A stretch of DNA of 62,829 nt, filler included, from Squatina squatina (Eukaryota): NCBI GenBank assembly GCA_031763465.1. It is 3 parts of 3 records of this genome, joined end to end, with 100 filler letters (N's around TTAATTAATTAA, not from the genome) between each part and the next. Parts side by side here need not be neighbours in the genome. Positions count along the whole stretch, not along the records: positions 1 to 19,625 come from JARFOE010000001.1; positions 19,726 to 46,718 come from JARFOE010000016.1; 1 more part is not named here. One strand, written 5' to 3'. Shown here in pieces: positions 12,972 through 25,193 of this stretch. The notes under the pieces were generated by a model. That model was not told where the DNA came from. It made no database searches and saw nothing but the letters and a program-made list of their open reading frames with translations. Position 1 is the stretch's first letter. The number at the start of each line of letters is the position of its first letter. The translations under genes were made by a program, and so were the position numbers.

Positions 12972-12984
12972 TCCTTGCAGGGGA

Positions 12985-13260
12985 GTGGCGTGGAGTGGGG
13001 GGGAGCAGGGTGGGGTGGAGTGCAGTTGAGTGGGGTGGAGTGGGGTTGAGTGGAGTGGGGTTGAGTGGAGTTGGGTTGAGTGGAGTTGGGTTGAGTTGAG
13101 TGGGGTTGAGTGGAGTTAGGTTGAGTGGAGTTGGGTTGAGTGGTGTTGGGTTGAGTGGTGCTGGGTTGGGTTGAGTTGGGTTGGTCGCTTGTTTTGGATT
13201 AGGTTGTGTGGTGTTGAGTTGAGTTGGGTTGAGTGGAGTTGAGTTGGGTTTGGTTGAGTC
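12985..13260. repeat. Compound pentanucleotide microsatellite (GAGTG/GAGTT/GGGTT)n directly upstream of the DRD5 ATG
   Basis: Mixed 5-mers read directly from the sequence, with a 15-nt higher-order period. Confidence 0.9.
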
Positions 13261-14006
13261 GTTTGTTTTGGGTTGGCGTGTTTGGGTGGGGGCCGATTGT
13301 CCGGGTTTCCGCGCCGTGCGTCCTCGGGGTCGACCCTCGCTCGAGGGTCCCTCGCCGCCGGGCTCCAGAGGCGTTGTGGCCGTGTGGTGGGGTGGGCCAT
13401 TTCCCCGTGCCTGACTGAGTGAGGGGAGCTTCTGCCAATGATGCAAGTTTTTTTTTCCCATCGCTCAATCAGGCCGTGGGGGCCGGGTCACGTGTATGAG
13501 ATTTTTCTCTTTTTTTCCAGCTTTTTTTAATCAAATTACACCAAATTGGAAAACACCCAAATTTAAATTAAAATCCCATTATCCCTATCAAGGATGCACT
13601 CCAGTCCCCCCAGCGCCCATCGGTGGACACCGNNNNNNNNNNNNNNNNNNNNNNNNNNNNNNNNNNNNNNNNNNNNNNNNNNNNNNNNNNNNNNNNNNNN
13701 NNNNNNNNNNNNNNNNNNNNNNNNNNNNNNNNTTTTATTAGTTTCTGTTTTCGTTTCCCCTCTAATGGCTGTTTCTGTTTCCCCCGTTTACACCCTAACT
13801 AGATTCAATGGGCCTGAAATTGCGATCAGAGGCTTCCTGCTTGCGGTTGCCTCTGATTGCAATTTACTCTACGTACTTACCTAAGAGTCCTGGATCCATG
13901 GGAGTTTGTGATCTTCAGCCCACCCCCGGAGTTGGAGATTCCCAGGCAAGTTGATCGAAGAGGCTGGAGAGGTCACATAGGAGGCCCCAGCCAATCAGGT
14001 AGGTGT

Positions 14007-14073
14007 ATCTTTTATTGAAGTTTTGACAGTTCTCAGCGATCTGTAAAGAACTGTCAAAACTTCAATAAAAGAT
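14007..14073. repeat. Perfect 27-bp inverted repeat with a 13-nt spacer
   Basis: atcttttattgaagttttgacagttct (14007-14033) is the exact reverse complement of agaactgtcaaaacttcaataaaagat (14047-14073). Confidence 0.9.
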
Positions 14074-14750
14074 GAAAAACAACAAAAACACATCTCAAAA
14101 CATTTTTAAAACTATTCTCACGTTAAAATTCAATAAAAAGGAGGTAAATAATGCAAATACAATTTTGGAATTTATTTTGAAGCTTGCATTATCTAAAGTA
14201 TTTTTTCTGAGGACAATGTAATCCCAAGCTGTGAACATTAACAATAACTGTGAAGCTAACTGGTATTATTGTGTGTCGTAGCATTTACTAATATCTATCA
14301 ATTTGTAACATGTCAACTGTGTCAGTTTTCATTTTCAACATGATATGGGATTTGTATGAACTTTATAAAGACCTAGATATATAACGCAAGTATGAACTGT
14401 GGTTAAAGCATAGCTATAAATCCAGTTATGCATGTGAGAAGGATTACTACTGTGTGTTGGTGGCATTTAACTGAAGCAAAGTTGTGTCGTATCATAAAAT
14501 TAGTACAGTATAAAGAGCTCTACAAATTATGCAATAATGCATCATCTTATTTCAAACAGATATATGGAACAGTGTCACAAGCTTTGAGTTCACTATATAC
14601 CTGTAAATCACAGTAGAAAGTTAAAATATGGACTTTCAGACAATGTTTATTCCACGTTCAGGTACAAGAAAATCAAATCAACTAAAGTAGCTTAGCTTAC
14701 GCATCAGCTCACAAATATAAGCATTTTATTAAAACTAGTTAAAACATTAG

Positions 14751-14921
14751 TTAAGTTGCACAGAACACCTCAAAAAGAGAAGCAGATGCATGCATGCGAT
14801 AGAAAATAGCAAAAGGCATTGCAAGATTTACAATTAGAATCCACGTTTCAAAGCCATAAACCTTTTCTTCCAAACCATTGTCAAACTGGGGCCGAGCTCC
14901 AAAAGCTGGAAGTATCCAAAA
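14751..14921 (-). CDS. OTOP1: Otopetrin-1 proton channel, last exon
   Basis: ag|FWILPAFGARPQFDNGLE...PFAIFYRMHASASLFEVFCAT*. FYRMH is the otopetrin C-terminal motif. Confidence 0.9.
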   Translation of the reverse strand, partial: FWILPAFGARPQFDNGLEEKVYGFETWILIVNLAMPFAIFYRMHASASLFEVFCAT

Positions 14922-15920
14922 CTTTAAAAAGAAAAGAAAGAATTTAGAGTCATGTGGATTACTAATTGCCATTAAAAGCTAGCTATTTACTCGCAAATAG
15001 AATCTTTAGAGTAATGCCAATATGCAACATACCAAAATGATCAACTATAGCACAAGTCTTTTTTGGCTTACAATGGACTTTGTATCAGTAGTATTGTATT
15101 TTACATCTTCTCTATGTAGCTGAATTGTTGATTACCTTTTACCAGCTTTATACCTCAGCATTTGGCTCGGGGTGGTATTGATAACCTCCATTTATGTAAC
15201 AGAACTACTGGCCATAACATTGGTAAATATTAGCAAATATATGCTTTGCATTAATAACATACTTAATTGTGGTGCGGAGTAATTACCTCAATGGTGGTGG
15301 GGAGTAACATCAGCAAAACCTATCCTTTACCAATATAACTCAACAAGTTAACAATGGTTTTGTTATTTCTAAAGATGATTACTGTGACAATTCAAATGTT
15401 TTAATAGCTCTTAGTTTACATTTTTACTTGGAATTTTTCTGTCTTAAATGAGTAATTTTACCACTCATTGATTTATTCAAAAAGAACTACTAAATTGCCT
15501 ATAGTATTGCCCATGGTATTGCCCAGTCAGTCGATGAATATGAATTTTTTTATATATAAATGATGGTGTCAGATTTGAAAAAGGAAGTTCAAAATCTCAC
15601 TTCGCAAGGTCACCTGGTGGCCAGAGCCTGTAACTACAATGTGATAGTTGACATAGCAAGATTGAATGGGAGATGCTGACATCGCAACTTACAATGGTAA
15701 ATGTTGACATTAAAGCCTGATCAAGAATCATGACAACAGGAAGAAAGGTTTGTGAGTAGGAATGCATGCCCTACAATTTTTTAAAATAATATATAAATGT
15801 ATCCAACTTCAGATATACTANNNNNNNNNNNNNNNNNNNNNNNNNNNNNNNNNNNNNNNNNNNNNNNNNNNNNNNNNNNNNNNNNNNNNNNNNNNNNNNN
15901 NNNNNNNNNNNNNNNNNNNN

Positions 15921-15961
15921 ATCCAGAACTAAACTCAAGATGGCAAACAAGGTTAAACCGC
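15921..15961 (-). CDS. OTOP1: Otopetrin-1 second coding exon, 5' part (cut by gap)
   Basis: tag|(G)GLTLFAILSLVLD. Phase-compatible with the preceding exon. Confidence 0.7.
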
Positions 15962-16332
15962 CTAGTAATGAAATGCACCAAACTTTAAGCTCGAGCGAAA
16001 CACAATCTGTCTCAAAATACCAACCACATTCATCCCGAGTAATTTTAATTTCCAAATTGGCATTTTAAAAGTGTCTTTATCTTCATACTATGTGTGCTGG
16101 AAATTTGTTCCCCGTTCTTTAAATTCATATCTGACGTATTGTAAATCATTTGTAGTTCATTACTTTCACAAAGGTTGTGCTACCATGTTGTGCGCCGATC
16201 GCTCCCGCCTGTGCCCTTCAATAAGGCATCACAATTTGAGAATATATCCAAATAAACGTCACAGTCCACGTCAGAAATTACAATTTATGTTCTCTAAAAT
16301 GTGGTCTAGCATCGCACACTTGCACACTGTAC

Positions 16333-16693
16333 CTCTCAGCCACCTTGGTCCGGCGTGGTCATCTCTATCCATGACTAGACCCCTCTTTCCGTGCCTTCTT
16401 AAAAAATACCAGAGCATCCATGCCAGCTGCAACACCATGAGGGTGCTGAGGTAGGCTAAGATGTGCTCCTGTGCCACTCCGGCTTTCTGAAATGCCGCTG
16501 TCACCGTCAGCACCAGGCCCAGCACAAACACGTTGATGCCGTACTGAGCGCTCAGGGTGACGGCATTTTTCAGGGGGTAGGTGTCTGGGAAGGAGCTAGT
16601 GAACTTCCCGAAGCTTTGATCTTCCACTGCCAGGCACTTGCTGGAGCGCCGCTTGCTCCGACACAGAACCTCTAACCTGCATCCGTCATCCAT
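16333..16693 (-). CDS. OTOP1: Otopetrin-1 first coding exon
   Basis: MDDG...YPLKNAVTLSAQYGINVFVLGL...LMVLQLAWMLWY...DDHAGPRWLR+g|gtacag. Confidence 0.85.
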
Positions 16694-16909
16694 CACCAGC
16701 TATTGACGGGATATGTGGGCACAGCCTGATCTGAAAAAGAAAACAACTTTTAAAGCAAACTCTCATTTCCAATTCCTTACAGCCCAGATAAAAAAAAGTC
16801 TACGTTCACNNNNNNNNNNNNNNNNNNNNNNNNNNNNNNNNNNNNNNNNNNNNNNNNNNNNNNNNNNNNNNNNNNNNNNNNNNNNNNNNNNNNNNNNNNN
16901 NNNNNNNNN

Positions 16910-17200
16910 AACCAGAGATCACAGATTTGAGGTGATTGGCAGAAGAACCAAAGGCGACATGAGGAAAAACTTTTTTTATGCAGCGAGCGGTTAGGATCTG
17001 GAATGCACCCGAGAGAATGGTGGAGGCAGATTTTATCATGGCTTCCAAAAAAGGGAATTGGATAAGTACTTGAAGGAAAAAAAATTGCAGGGGTACAGGG
17101 AAAGGGTTGGAGAGTGGGACTAGCTGAAGTGCTCTTGCAGAGAGCCAGTACAGGCTTGACGAACTGAATAACCTCCTTTTGTGCTGTAACCATTCTACGA
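16910..17200 (+). mobile_element. CR1 LINE 3' end
   Basis: TRDHRFEVIGRR...RKNFF...IWNA followed by the CR1 3' tail. Confidence 0.8.
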
Positions 17201-17467
17201 TTTGTGGACATCAGATAAAGACAGGATTGAACTCAACTGTTAAGACAATGCCAACTCTCTTGTCTAGGCTCACGTGAAGATTAGCTACTTGGTCAAGGAA
17301 CCAGAGAGCTATTGACATCCATGTAATTATACCCCAACAGTCAGCAGTTTCAGGCCAGGATAGGAGGAAAGCAGGAGAAAGTTAGAAAGGAGAAAACAAT
17401 CCTACATTTTGAAACTTAAAAATACAAGACAGAAATACCAAAAGTAAAATGTATTTAGATTATTTAC

Positions 17468-17609
17468 CCTTCTATTCGGTAATCTGTTTTAATTGTAGAA
17501 AAAAATTCAACATAATATGTCACTGCGATGGAAGATAAAATCCAGAATACAGAGTGCATATTAAATCGAGGAAGTGGTTTTTCCTTCTTCTTTTCCTCAT
17601 CTTCTAAAT
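17468..17609 (-). CDS. TMEM128: Transmembrane protein 128, internal exon (142 bp)
   Basis: cag|(D)[46 protein letters not shown]..|gtaaat. Matches recalled [30 protein letters not shown]. Missed by the ORF track. Confidence 0.88.
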
Positions 17610-18873
17610 CTGCTTATAAGCAAAGGATATTGTTAAAATGCCCGATACTGGTAGAACGGGATTCACTTTCATATTGTCCAGAAGGTACGCGAGCAGCTTA
17701 CAGACAGCACAGCCTGACGTCAAATGCAATTTCTGTGTATTGAACTTGCAATACGGCATAACTATTAATCTTACAATTTACCCTTTTCTCTCCATCCCTA
17801 CTCAAAAAAAAGTTACAGGATACAAAATGTGAATACCCATGTTTCTCNNNNNNNNNNNNNNNNNNNNNNNNNNNNNNNNNNNNNNNNNNNNNNNNNNNNN
17901 NNNNNNNNNNNNNNNNNNNNNNNNNNNNNNNNNNNNNNNNNNNNNNNCATCTGTTTTATATCAGCCAGCCTTTGCTTAATGCACACAACAGACAAATGGA
18001 CATGTTCATGTGTATATAATAAATTAAAAGTCTCACATGTAGCAAACACTTCCTCTAAGTATCCCACTTGCTCCCGATGAAAAATTCCCCATCATGCATT
18101 TCCCAATCACACACTTTCAGCTGATGCAATGAGAGATTTGTTAGTTTCTAAAAATAGATTGTGAAAAAATACATTGTTTTAATGCACACGGTATGTTTCA
18201 AAGTTTTCTACTTAACTTTTGTTTCACTATAATTCAAATTACAATGTGCCAGAATCCACCTAACTTTGACTGGATTTACAGTTACCTCTAAAATTACTTT
18301 AGACGTGCACCAGTCTTTCTATTTGGTGGGGTGTTTTTTGTTGCAAGTTATATTTAACACACCATAAATTTTTCATACTGACTCTTTTCGACAGATTTTT
18401 TGTGCTTGAATAATCTAGAAATTGTTAGTATTATTTTGTATGTATCTTTTTGTGCTCTTTAAATTCAAAATTAATTATAGATCTTGGATGATAGCTATCC
18501 ATCAGCTAGTAACACCAGTGGCAAATCTTCTCTAAAGACATTTAGGCAAAAGTTTTTTGCATGCTATGTGGCTCTTCAACCAGCTGGAGCTATTAACTGA
18601 AGGACCACATTTCTTTCTGAACATTATTCCTTGGGTGCCTTCAGTGCACTTTTAAATTGTTGTGCAGCGTAGTTTTTATGGAGTGAATTAAGCACCAAAT
18701 GTCACATTTTCACTTTTACAGCAAATGCTGTGACAATTTAAGATCTAATTCTTTTTAAGTAAATATCTTTAGAACTTCATTGTTTTTTTTAATAAAGTTG
18801 TTTAAGTAGAAAAGTACTGCCAATGATGCTTTTCAGCTTGAAATAATTTTGTGCTATATCTGTTACCTTTCAG

Positions 18874-19625
18874 GACCTTATTTCAGAATTCTTCAGGTCA
18901 GAGTCGTGACGTCTTCCATTTGGACATTAAAAATGTTGGTGGCATTGGCCAGATTCTAGATTTTATGTATACTTCACACCTTGATCTTAGCCATGAAAAT
19001 GTCCAGGCAGTGTTGGACATTGCTCAGTGCTTGCAGGTACCAAATGTGCTCAGTCTGTGTTATACTTTCCTAAAGACTTCAGCAAATGCCATAGGTGGTA
19101 CCGGCAACTTGTCAGCCACTGGCACCATTTCGCTCCATGGGCCACTGACAACTGATACAGAGGACATGCTAGAGAATAGCAATGCCACTGAGGTGAACCG
19201 TGACTGCTCATTTGGGATACAGAGTCATATTCATAAAGCACCGGAGCTGGGCCTTTTATTTAGACCGCTCCCAGATATTTCCCAAGCTGAAATATCAGCC
19301 ACTTTGCAGAACCAAACACCTGGACTTCCTGACAGGAATTCTTCAGATTATCCACTGAGGCAAAATTCTCAACAGCCTTCTAAATTGTACAATTGTTATG
19401 GTAAAGAAATGTTCAAACAAAATCTGTCCCCTTTTTTCAATAATAATCAAGGGGAACAAAGAAGAATAGATCTCGATGATGGTTTAAGTGCAGCAGCAAC
19501 CACTAAGGATGTTTCTCCCCTTGACCATTCCGAATGCAACACTGCTAGTCAGGAGCCCTCCTCGTCGGGCATGGCTATGCATACAGAAGAAAGGTGGTCC
19601 TTTGGTCAGGGTGCAGGGAACATTG
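18874..19625 (+). CDS. ZBTB49: BTB/POZ zinc-finger protein 49, large exon (truncated by gap)
   Basis: cag|..TLFQNSSGQSRDVFHLDIKNVGGIGQILDFMYTSHLDLS...AQCLQVPNVLSLC, the C-terminal half of the BTB domain. Syntenic with TMEM128 and OTOP1. Confidence 0.88.
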
Positions 19626-19725
19626 NNNNNNNNNNNNNNNNNNNNNNNNNNNNNNNNNNNNNNNNNNNNTTAATTAATTAANNNNNNNNNNNNNNNNNNN
19701 NNNNNNNNNNNNNNNNNNNNNNNNN
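19626..19725. other. Artificial scaffold linker N-TTAATTAATTAA-N
   Basis: An all-frame-stop 12-mer (19670-19681) embedded in Ns. Confidence 0.95.
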
Positions 19726-19982
19726 ATGGTGTCGAGCTTCTTGAGTGTTGTTGGAGCTGCACTCATCCAGTCTCTAGAGTAGGGCTTGAACTTACAACCT
19801 TCTGACTCAGAGGCCTCCCTGGGGCATTAGACAAGAGACTGAGAAGTCGGCTTCATTCATTCCAGGATGGAATAATCCCAGAATGGAGAGGACATTACTC
19901 CGGCGGTGGTTTATCAGCTCAGTGCCGCCCGGTCAGGCTTGACGTTTTTGCTGTAGTTCTATGAGTTCTGCTTCCGACTCAC

Positions 19983-20200
19983 CTCATTACAGGTGGAGGT
20001 GAGGGAGTTGATGTTGGCACATCTGCAGGGCTCACACCCTGACCCGCTGTCCAGGTTCCAGTAGTTTGGGGCACAGCGATCGCAGTTCTGACCCATCACG
20101 TTGGGCAGACAGGCGCACTGTCCCGTTCTCCGATCGCACGCACACTCATCCCTTGATGGGCACTGGCCACGCACAGTACCCAGATGATTACATGTACACT
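19983..20200 (-). CDS. LAMB2: Laminin beta-2(-like), LE-domain exon
   Basis: ag|(K)CTCNHLGT...[29 protein letters not shown]...TCNE|gtgagt. Phase-compatible with exon 21524-21748. Confidence 0.8.
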
Positions 20201-20321
20201 CTGTGCCAAGCAACAAAAACGGTATTTAGTAAAAGCAATGGGGTTAAAGACGATCTTCAATTAATTATCTCATTTCGACCAGCCATAAAATTTCCATTTT
20301 ACAATTTGTCACCAATATACT

Positions 20322-20977
20322 GGCCCACATTTTGCTGGCATGGGGCATCTTGCAGCGTTCCCCGTGAGTTCGGCTTTTTCTCTCACCCTTCAACTCAAAA
20401 AAGCTTTGTGCTTGCTGGGAGTGCGAGCTGATAATGGTGCGGTGAGGATAACGGAGCATCTGGGACCTCGGTGAACGATGGGGCCAACAGTCTATCTCCT
20501 TAACCAATGAGATTTCAGGAAAAAGAAACAGAGGAACAACGGAACAGGAAATCGGGTGAATTAGAGTCAAATCAGGTACAGAAAGAGAAAGGCAGCGAAG
20601 GGAAGAAAGATTGGATTCCGAGAAAAAAAAAGGAAAAGTAACAAAAAATGTAAAGATTTTACATTTTTATAATCTCTCAGAATAATTTACTACCTGTGGG
20701 AATGAGAGTCCACAGTTTAAATGTTTCCCTTTCTGGGCCGGAGAGGTAGAGTGGCATTGCAGGAACATAAACTAATTAAAAAGGTATTTGCGCTGCTAAG
20801 TTCCAGCTCGAACTTTCTACCACGGGTTTAATGGGTAATTATTGTGCAAATTCAGCAATGTCTTGAAACTCACGGGGAGGTTGAGCACGAGCTAATGGTG
20901 GAGCTGTGGATGATTGACACGCTAATAACGGTAAGCAGCATGAAACTCGCCGTAATTTTGGCAGCAAATTCTGAGCT
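20322..20977. mobile_element. Probable non-autonomous DNA transposon in a laminin intron
   Basis: Imperfect terminal inverted repeats ggcccacattttgctg / cagcaaattctgagc. Confidence 0.4.
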
Positions 20978-21523
20978 TTATTATTATAGAATCTTACAGC
21001 ACAGAAGGAGGCCATTCGGCCCATCGTGCCTGTGCCGGCTCTGTGAACGAGCTCTCCAATCAGTCCCACTCCCCCTGCTCTTNNNNNNNNNNNNNNNNNN
21101 NNNNNNNNNNNNNNNNNNNNNNNNNNNNNNNNNNNNNNNNNNNNNNNNNNNNNNNNNNNNNNNNNNNNNNNNNNNNNNNNNNNNNNNNNNNNNNNNNNNN
21201 NNNNNNNNNNNNNNNNNNNNNNNNNNNNNNNNNNNNNNNNNNNNNNNNNNNNNNNNNNNNNNNNNNNNNNNNNNNNNNNNNNNNNNNNNNNNNNNNNNNN
21301 NNNNNNNNNNNNNNNNNNNNNNNNNNNNNNNNNNNNNNNNNNNNNNNNNNNNNNNNNNNNNNNNNNNNNNNNNNNNNNNNNNNNNNNNNNNNNNNNNNNN
21401 NNNNNNNNNNNNNNNNNNNNNNNCCGCCCTTTCAGGCAGCGCGTTCCAGATCACAACAACTCGCTGTGTGAAAACAATTCTCACGTCGCCTCTTCTATGT
21501 AAAAAAAAAAATAGAAAATTTAC

Positions 21524-21748
21524 TTCTGCAGCTGCGTCGAGAGGGGTCGCCATAGTAACCCAGCCTGCAGTGCTCGCAGTGAGTCCCCTCCGTGTTGTAC
21601 AGGCACTTCAGGCACTGACCCGTCTGTCGGTCACATGACTGAGGGTCGCTGGCGTCAATATTGTTGTGGCACTGGCAGGGCAAACACCTACCACCCGGGA
21701 GCAAGGGGTTACCGTAGTGCCCAGGTGCACATTCTTCACAGCGGAAAC
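21524..21748 (-). CDS. LAMB2: Laminin beta-2(-like), LE-domain exon (225 bp)
   Basis: ag|(G)[14 protein letters not shown]...CQCHNNID...[23 protein letters not shown]...SCR+a|gt. Confidence 0.82.
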
Positions 21749-22291
21749 CTGTCAACAAAATGAGAGAGAAGATTGAACTTTTTTCTTCATGCTTTATTTT
21801 CCTCTAATCTAAAAAATAAACACTTGGGATGCAGACGTCGTTGGCAAGGCCACCGTTTATTCTCCATCCCTCGTTTCCCTGTGAAGGTGGTGGTGGGCCT
21901 CCTCGAACTGCGAGTCACACCTTTGTCACAACTGAGTGTCTCACGCGGCCTCCTCCGAGGGCAGTTAAGAGTCAACCACGTTGGTGTGGGTCTGGAGTCA
22001 CATATGGGCCCAGACCGGGTAAGGACGGCAGGTTTCCTTCCCTGAAGGACATCAGTGAACCAGTTGGGTTGTTACGACAATCCGACAGCNNNNNNNNNNN
22101 NNNNNNNNNNNNNNNNNNNNNNNNNNNNNNNNNNNNNNNNNNNNNNNNNNNNNNNNNNNNNNNNNNNNNNNNNNNNNNNNNNNNNNNNNGATCCACATCA
22201 CGGAATGGGATCGGTGAGGAAAGCGTTGTTTCCCCCCCTTCCTCGCCACCGACGTGCAGTTTCCCCATCGTGAAGCCCCTTCAATACTCAC

Positions 22292-22486
22292 GGACACAGA
22301 CTCTGGGGTCCCGAATGTCTCTGGATGGGTCCTGGTAATAAAAGGGCTTGCACATCTCGCAGTTCCTGCCCATCGAGTTGTGGTGGCAATCGTCGCACAC
22401 ACCTCCGCTCACGTTTCCCGTGGCTAAATACACCGCCATGTCGAAGNNNNNNNNNNACCTCCCCGAGTGGTTGTTACAATTACATC
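22292..22486 (-). CDS. LAMB2: Laminin beta-2(-like), LE-domain exon (10-N internal gap)
   Basis: [53 protein letters not shown]|gtgagt. Confidence 0.82.
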
Positions 22487-24949
22487 CTGGAAACAAAGGA
22501 GGCTTGGTAAAGGTTAGGAAATCCCAGCCTGGATCGATACAGAACCTCAACACATCTCTCAGAACACCACCAAAGCCCTTTGCCCAGCCTGAATTAATTT
22601 GAGGTGTGTATATTCTGTTACAAATCAGTTTAGTCTTTATTTATTTATGACAGACTTCAAGCAGTAAGGGGACACTCCTGCTATGGGGCAATCTTACCAA
22701 CGCGACAGCGTGACCTCGTAAACCCCCACCCACACCGTCCGGTGGAAAACAGACTTGGGGGGACAGTTAGAATGGAGTGTGGACGGCGGAAGCATCAGCC
22801 TTGCAGCTGTTACACTCGGACCTGGCCACACCAAGTAACTCCTGAGACTGTGGGCGAATGTCAGTGGCGAGGTTGGAAAGGGTTAATCAGGGATACTGCA
22901 GCAAGCCTGACCGATTCTCTGTCAGTGCCATAACACTGTGCGGTTGTTTTAATTGTAACTGTGTAAAGTGCTCCCTTTTCATCTTAAGAAAGATTGCAAT
23001 GTAGTTTGCCTAGTTTTGAAACCATAATATTTTGAAATCACTGTCTAGGACGTTTGGAACGGAGCCTGTGTGAGAACGAATCGGATAGCGAGTACGAGCA
23101 GGTGCCTGTTTGTGAAATACTGAGGTTCCATGTAAGAAAGGGGTCTTTGGAAGTTTGAAATCCTTCAGGAAGGGAAAGAATATGCTGGGTGAAAGGTGGC
23201 TGATGCTCACCAGTCCAGATTGCAAGAACACCAGCAGCAAGGCGGCGATAGCTGCTTCGACGCTTGCTATAGAACACAAGAAAGCTGGGAAACAGAAGAG
23301 CGGTCATGCAGCAGTGTTAACAAAGAGTAGAAAAAGCAAGTGNNNNNNNNNNNNNNNNNNNNNNNNNNNNNNNNNNNNNNNNNNNNNNNNNNNNNNNNNN
23401 NNNNNNNNNNNNNNNNNNNNNNNNNNNNNNNNNNNNNNNNNNATCTTAGCGGAGACCAGCTCGCAAATCGAGGATAGAATTTGGAACTTGGCCTTCCTTG
23501 TGTGTGACCGAGAAAAGAAACAGACAAAGGCCTTGCATTGATAACTCCTTTCATGCCGTCAGGACACCCCAAGCAACAAACTACTTGAGAAGGTCAGTCA
23601 CTGCTGTTTCGGGGCCAGTTCTGCTGATGCCTTGCTTCACCTGGGAGGTACCATGAGCTGTAAGCACAGAACTTACTCTGGATCTGAGGACTGTAGGGGT
23701 CTTTAATAGAAATCGCTGGGTCCAGAACTCTGTAGATCACCTGCAAAGAAACAACACAACTTTAATCAGAGTGTAAACTCGCGAGAACAAGTGGAAAGAA
23801 AAAAATACAACTGCTTGCATCAAAAACTGCTTTGACCGGGACTGGGCCCGCTCCTCATTCCCATCGGGATCAGGCCTTCTCCCCATGAAGTATTTTCTCA
23901 TGAAGCTTCTCCCCGTGTAACCCCTCTGCCCCCGTGAAAACCCTGCCACCACGTAACNNNNNNNNNNNNNNNNNNNNNNNNNNNNNNNNNNNNNNNNNNN
24001 NNNNNNNNNNNNNNNNNNNNNNNNNNNNNNNNNNNNNNNNNNNNNNNNNNNNNNNNNTATAAAGAAGTTGGAAGCACTTAAGTCAACTGAGGAATTAAGT
24101 GGCCTGTCAGGTTGGAAGCAAACTCTGGAATTAAATGAGCTGTCAGGTTGGAAGCAAATTGTTGAATTTGCACGAACACCACAAATGGGTCAGTTCACTA
24201 TGGGCCCCTTAACATTAACCTTTGCACGTGTTTGAATCTAAAGTGGCTAATTGGAGGGTTCAAGGCAAATTTTCAAAGAGTCCTATTTCCAGCGCGAAAT
24301 TTGGCACTTAGCGCTAGAAACACCCAAAACACGAATTGGCCACCCCTAGTGTTTTAAGCTGGACCTGTTACTGGCTGGGCTCCTGGACTAGTTTTGATCA
24401 CCTAGATGGGCCAGAGAGGAATTTTCCAGATTTATTTCCCCCCAAACTAGCTTGGGTTTTTTATCTAATTTTTTTTGCCTCTCCCAGGAAATCACATGTG
24501 GTGGGGTGTGTATATATTGCGATAAACAAGGTATTGCAATTGTGTGGGACAGGCTTAATGGGCCAGAGAGTCTTTGCCTGACCGTCATTGTTCGTATGTA
24601 ACCGAATATTTATCTTTGCAATTCTTCTACAGCATATGATAGGCCAATGATGAACAAAGCCTCATATTTTGACTCCCTCTTAAGATAGCTTTACTTGTCT
24701 TTATTTAATTTAAATTTTGCTTGGGATAGTTGATCCTGTTTTTAATAAGTGAGAGAGAGAAAGAACAAACTCGCATTAATATGCAGGTTTTCATGTCCTC
24801 AGAATATCCCAAAACAAAGTACTTTTTAGGTACAATCACTTTTGTTTTGTAGGAAAATGCAGCATCTAATATATGCACAGCAAAGTCCCACAAACAGCAA
24901 GAAATGAACGACCAGATAATCTCTTTTGGTTGAGGGACAAATATTGACC

Positions 24950-25093
24950 AAGACAACAACAACAACAACAACTTCTATTTATACTGCACCTTTAATGTAG
25001 TAAAACATCCCAAGGTGCTTCACAGTAGTGTTATCAAACAAAATTTTGACACTGAGCCACATAAGGAGATATTAGGGTAGATGACCAAAAGCT
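24950..25093 (-). mobile_element. L2-type LINE/SINE 3' tail with (GTT)n end
   Basis: Reverse strand reads gtgaagcaccttgggatgttttactacattaaaggtgc...aagttgttgttg. Confidence 0.6.
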
Positions 25094-25193
25094 NNNNNNN
25101 NNNNNNNNNNNNNNNNNNNNNNNNNNNNNNNNNNNNNNNNNNNNNNNNNNNNNNNNNNNNNNNNNNNNNNNNNNNNNNNNNNNNNNNNNNNNN

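Noticed and set aside
11704-13461. 585-aa alternative-frame ORF and 338-aa antisense ORF over DRD5
   Set aside because: Explained by the very high GC3 of DRD5 plus the stop-free pentamer repeat. No recognisable domain.
15781-15819. SEVGYI as a continuation of OTOP1 exon 2 across the gap
   Set aside because: It hits a stop within a few codons and has no donor site, so it is probably chance similarity.
17948-18850. Expected LYAR exons between TMEM128 and ZBTB49
   Set aside because: No LYAR-like coding sequence found; the region is AT-rich and intron-like.
19670-19681. TTAATTAATTAA palindrome as a biological site
   Set aside because: It is embedded in Ns and repeated identically at 46763, so it is an assembly linker.
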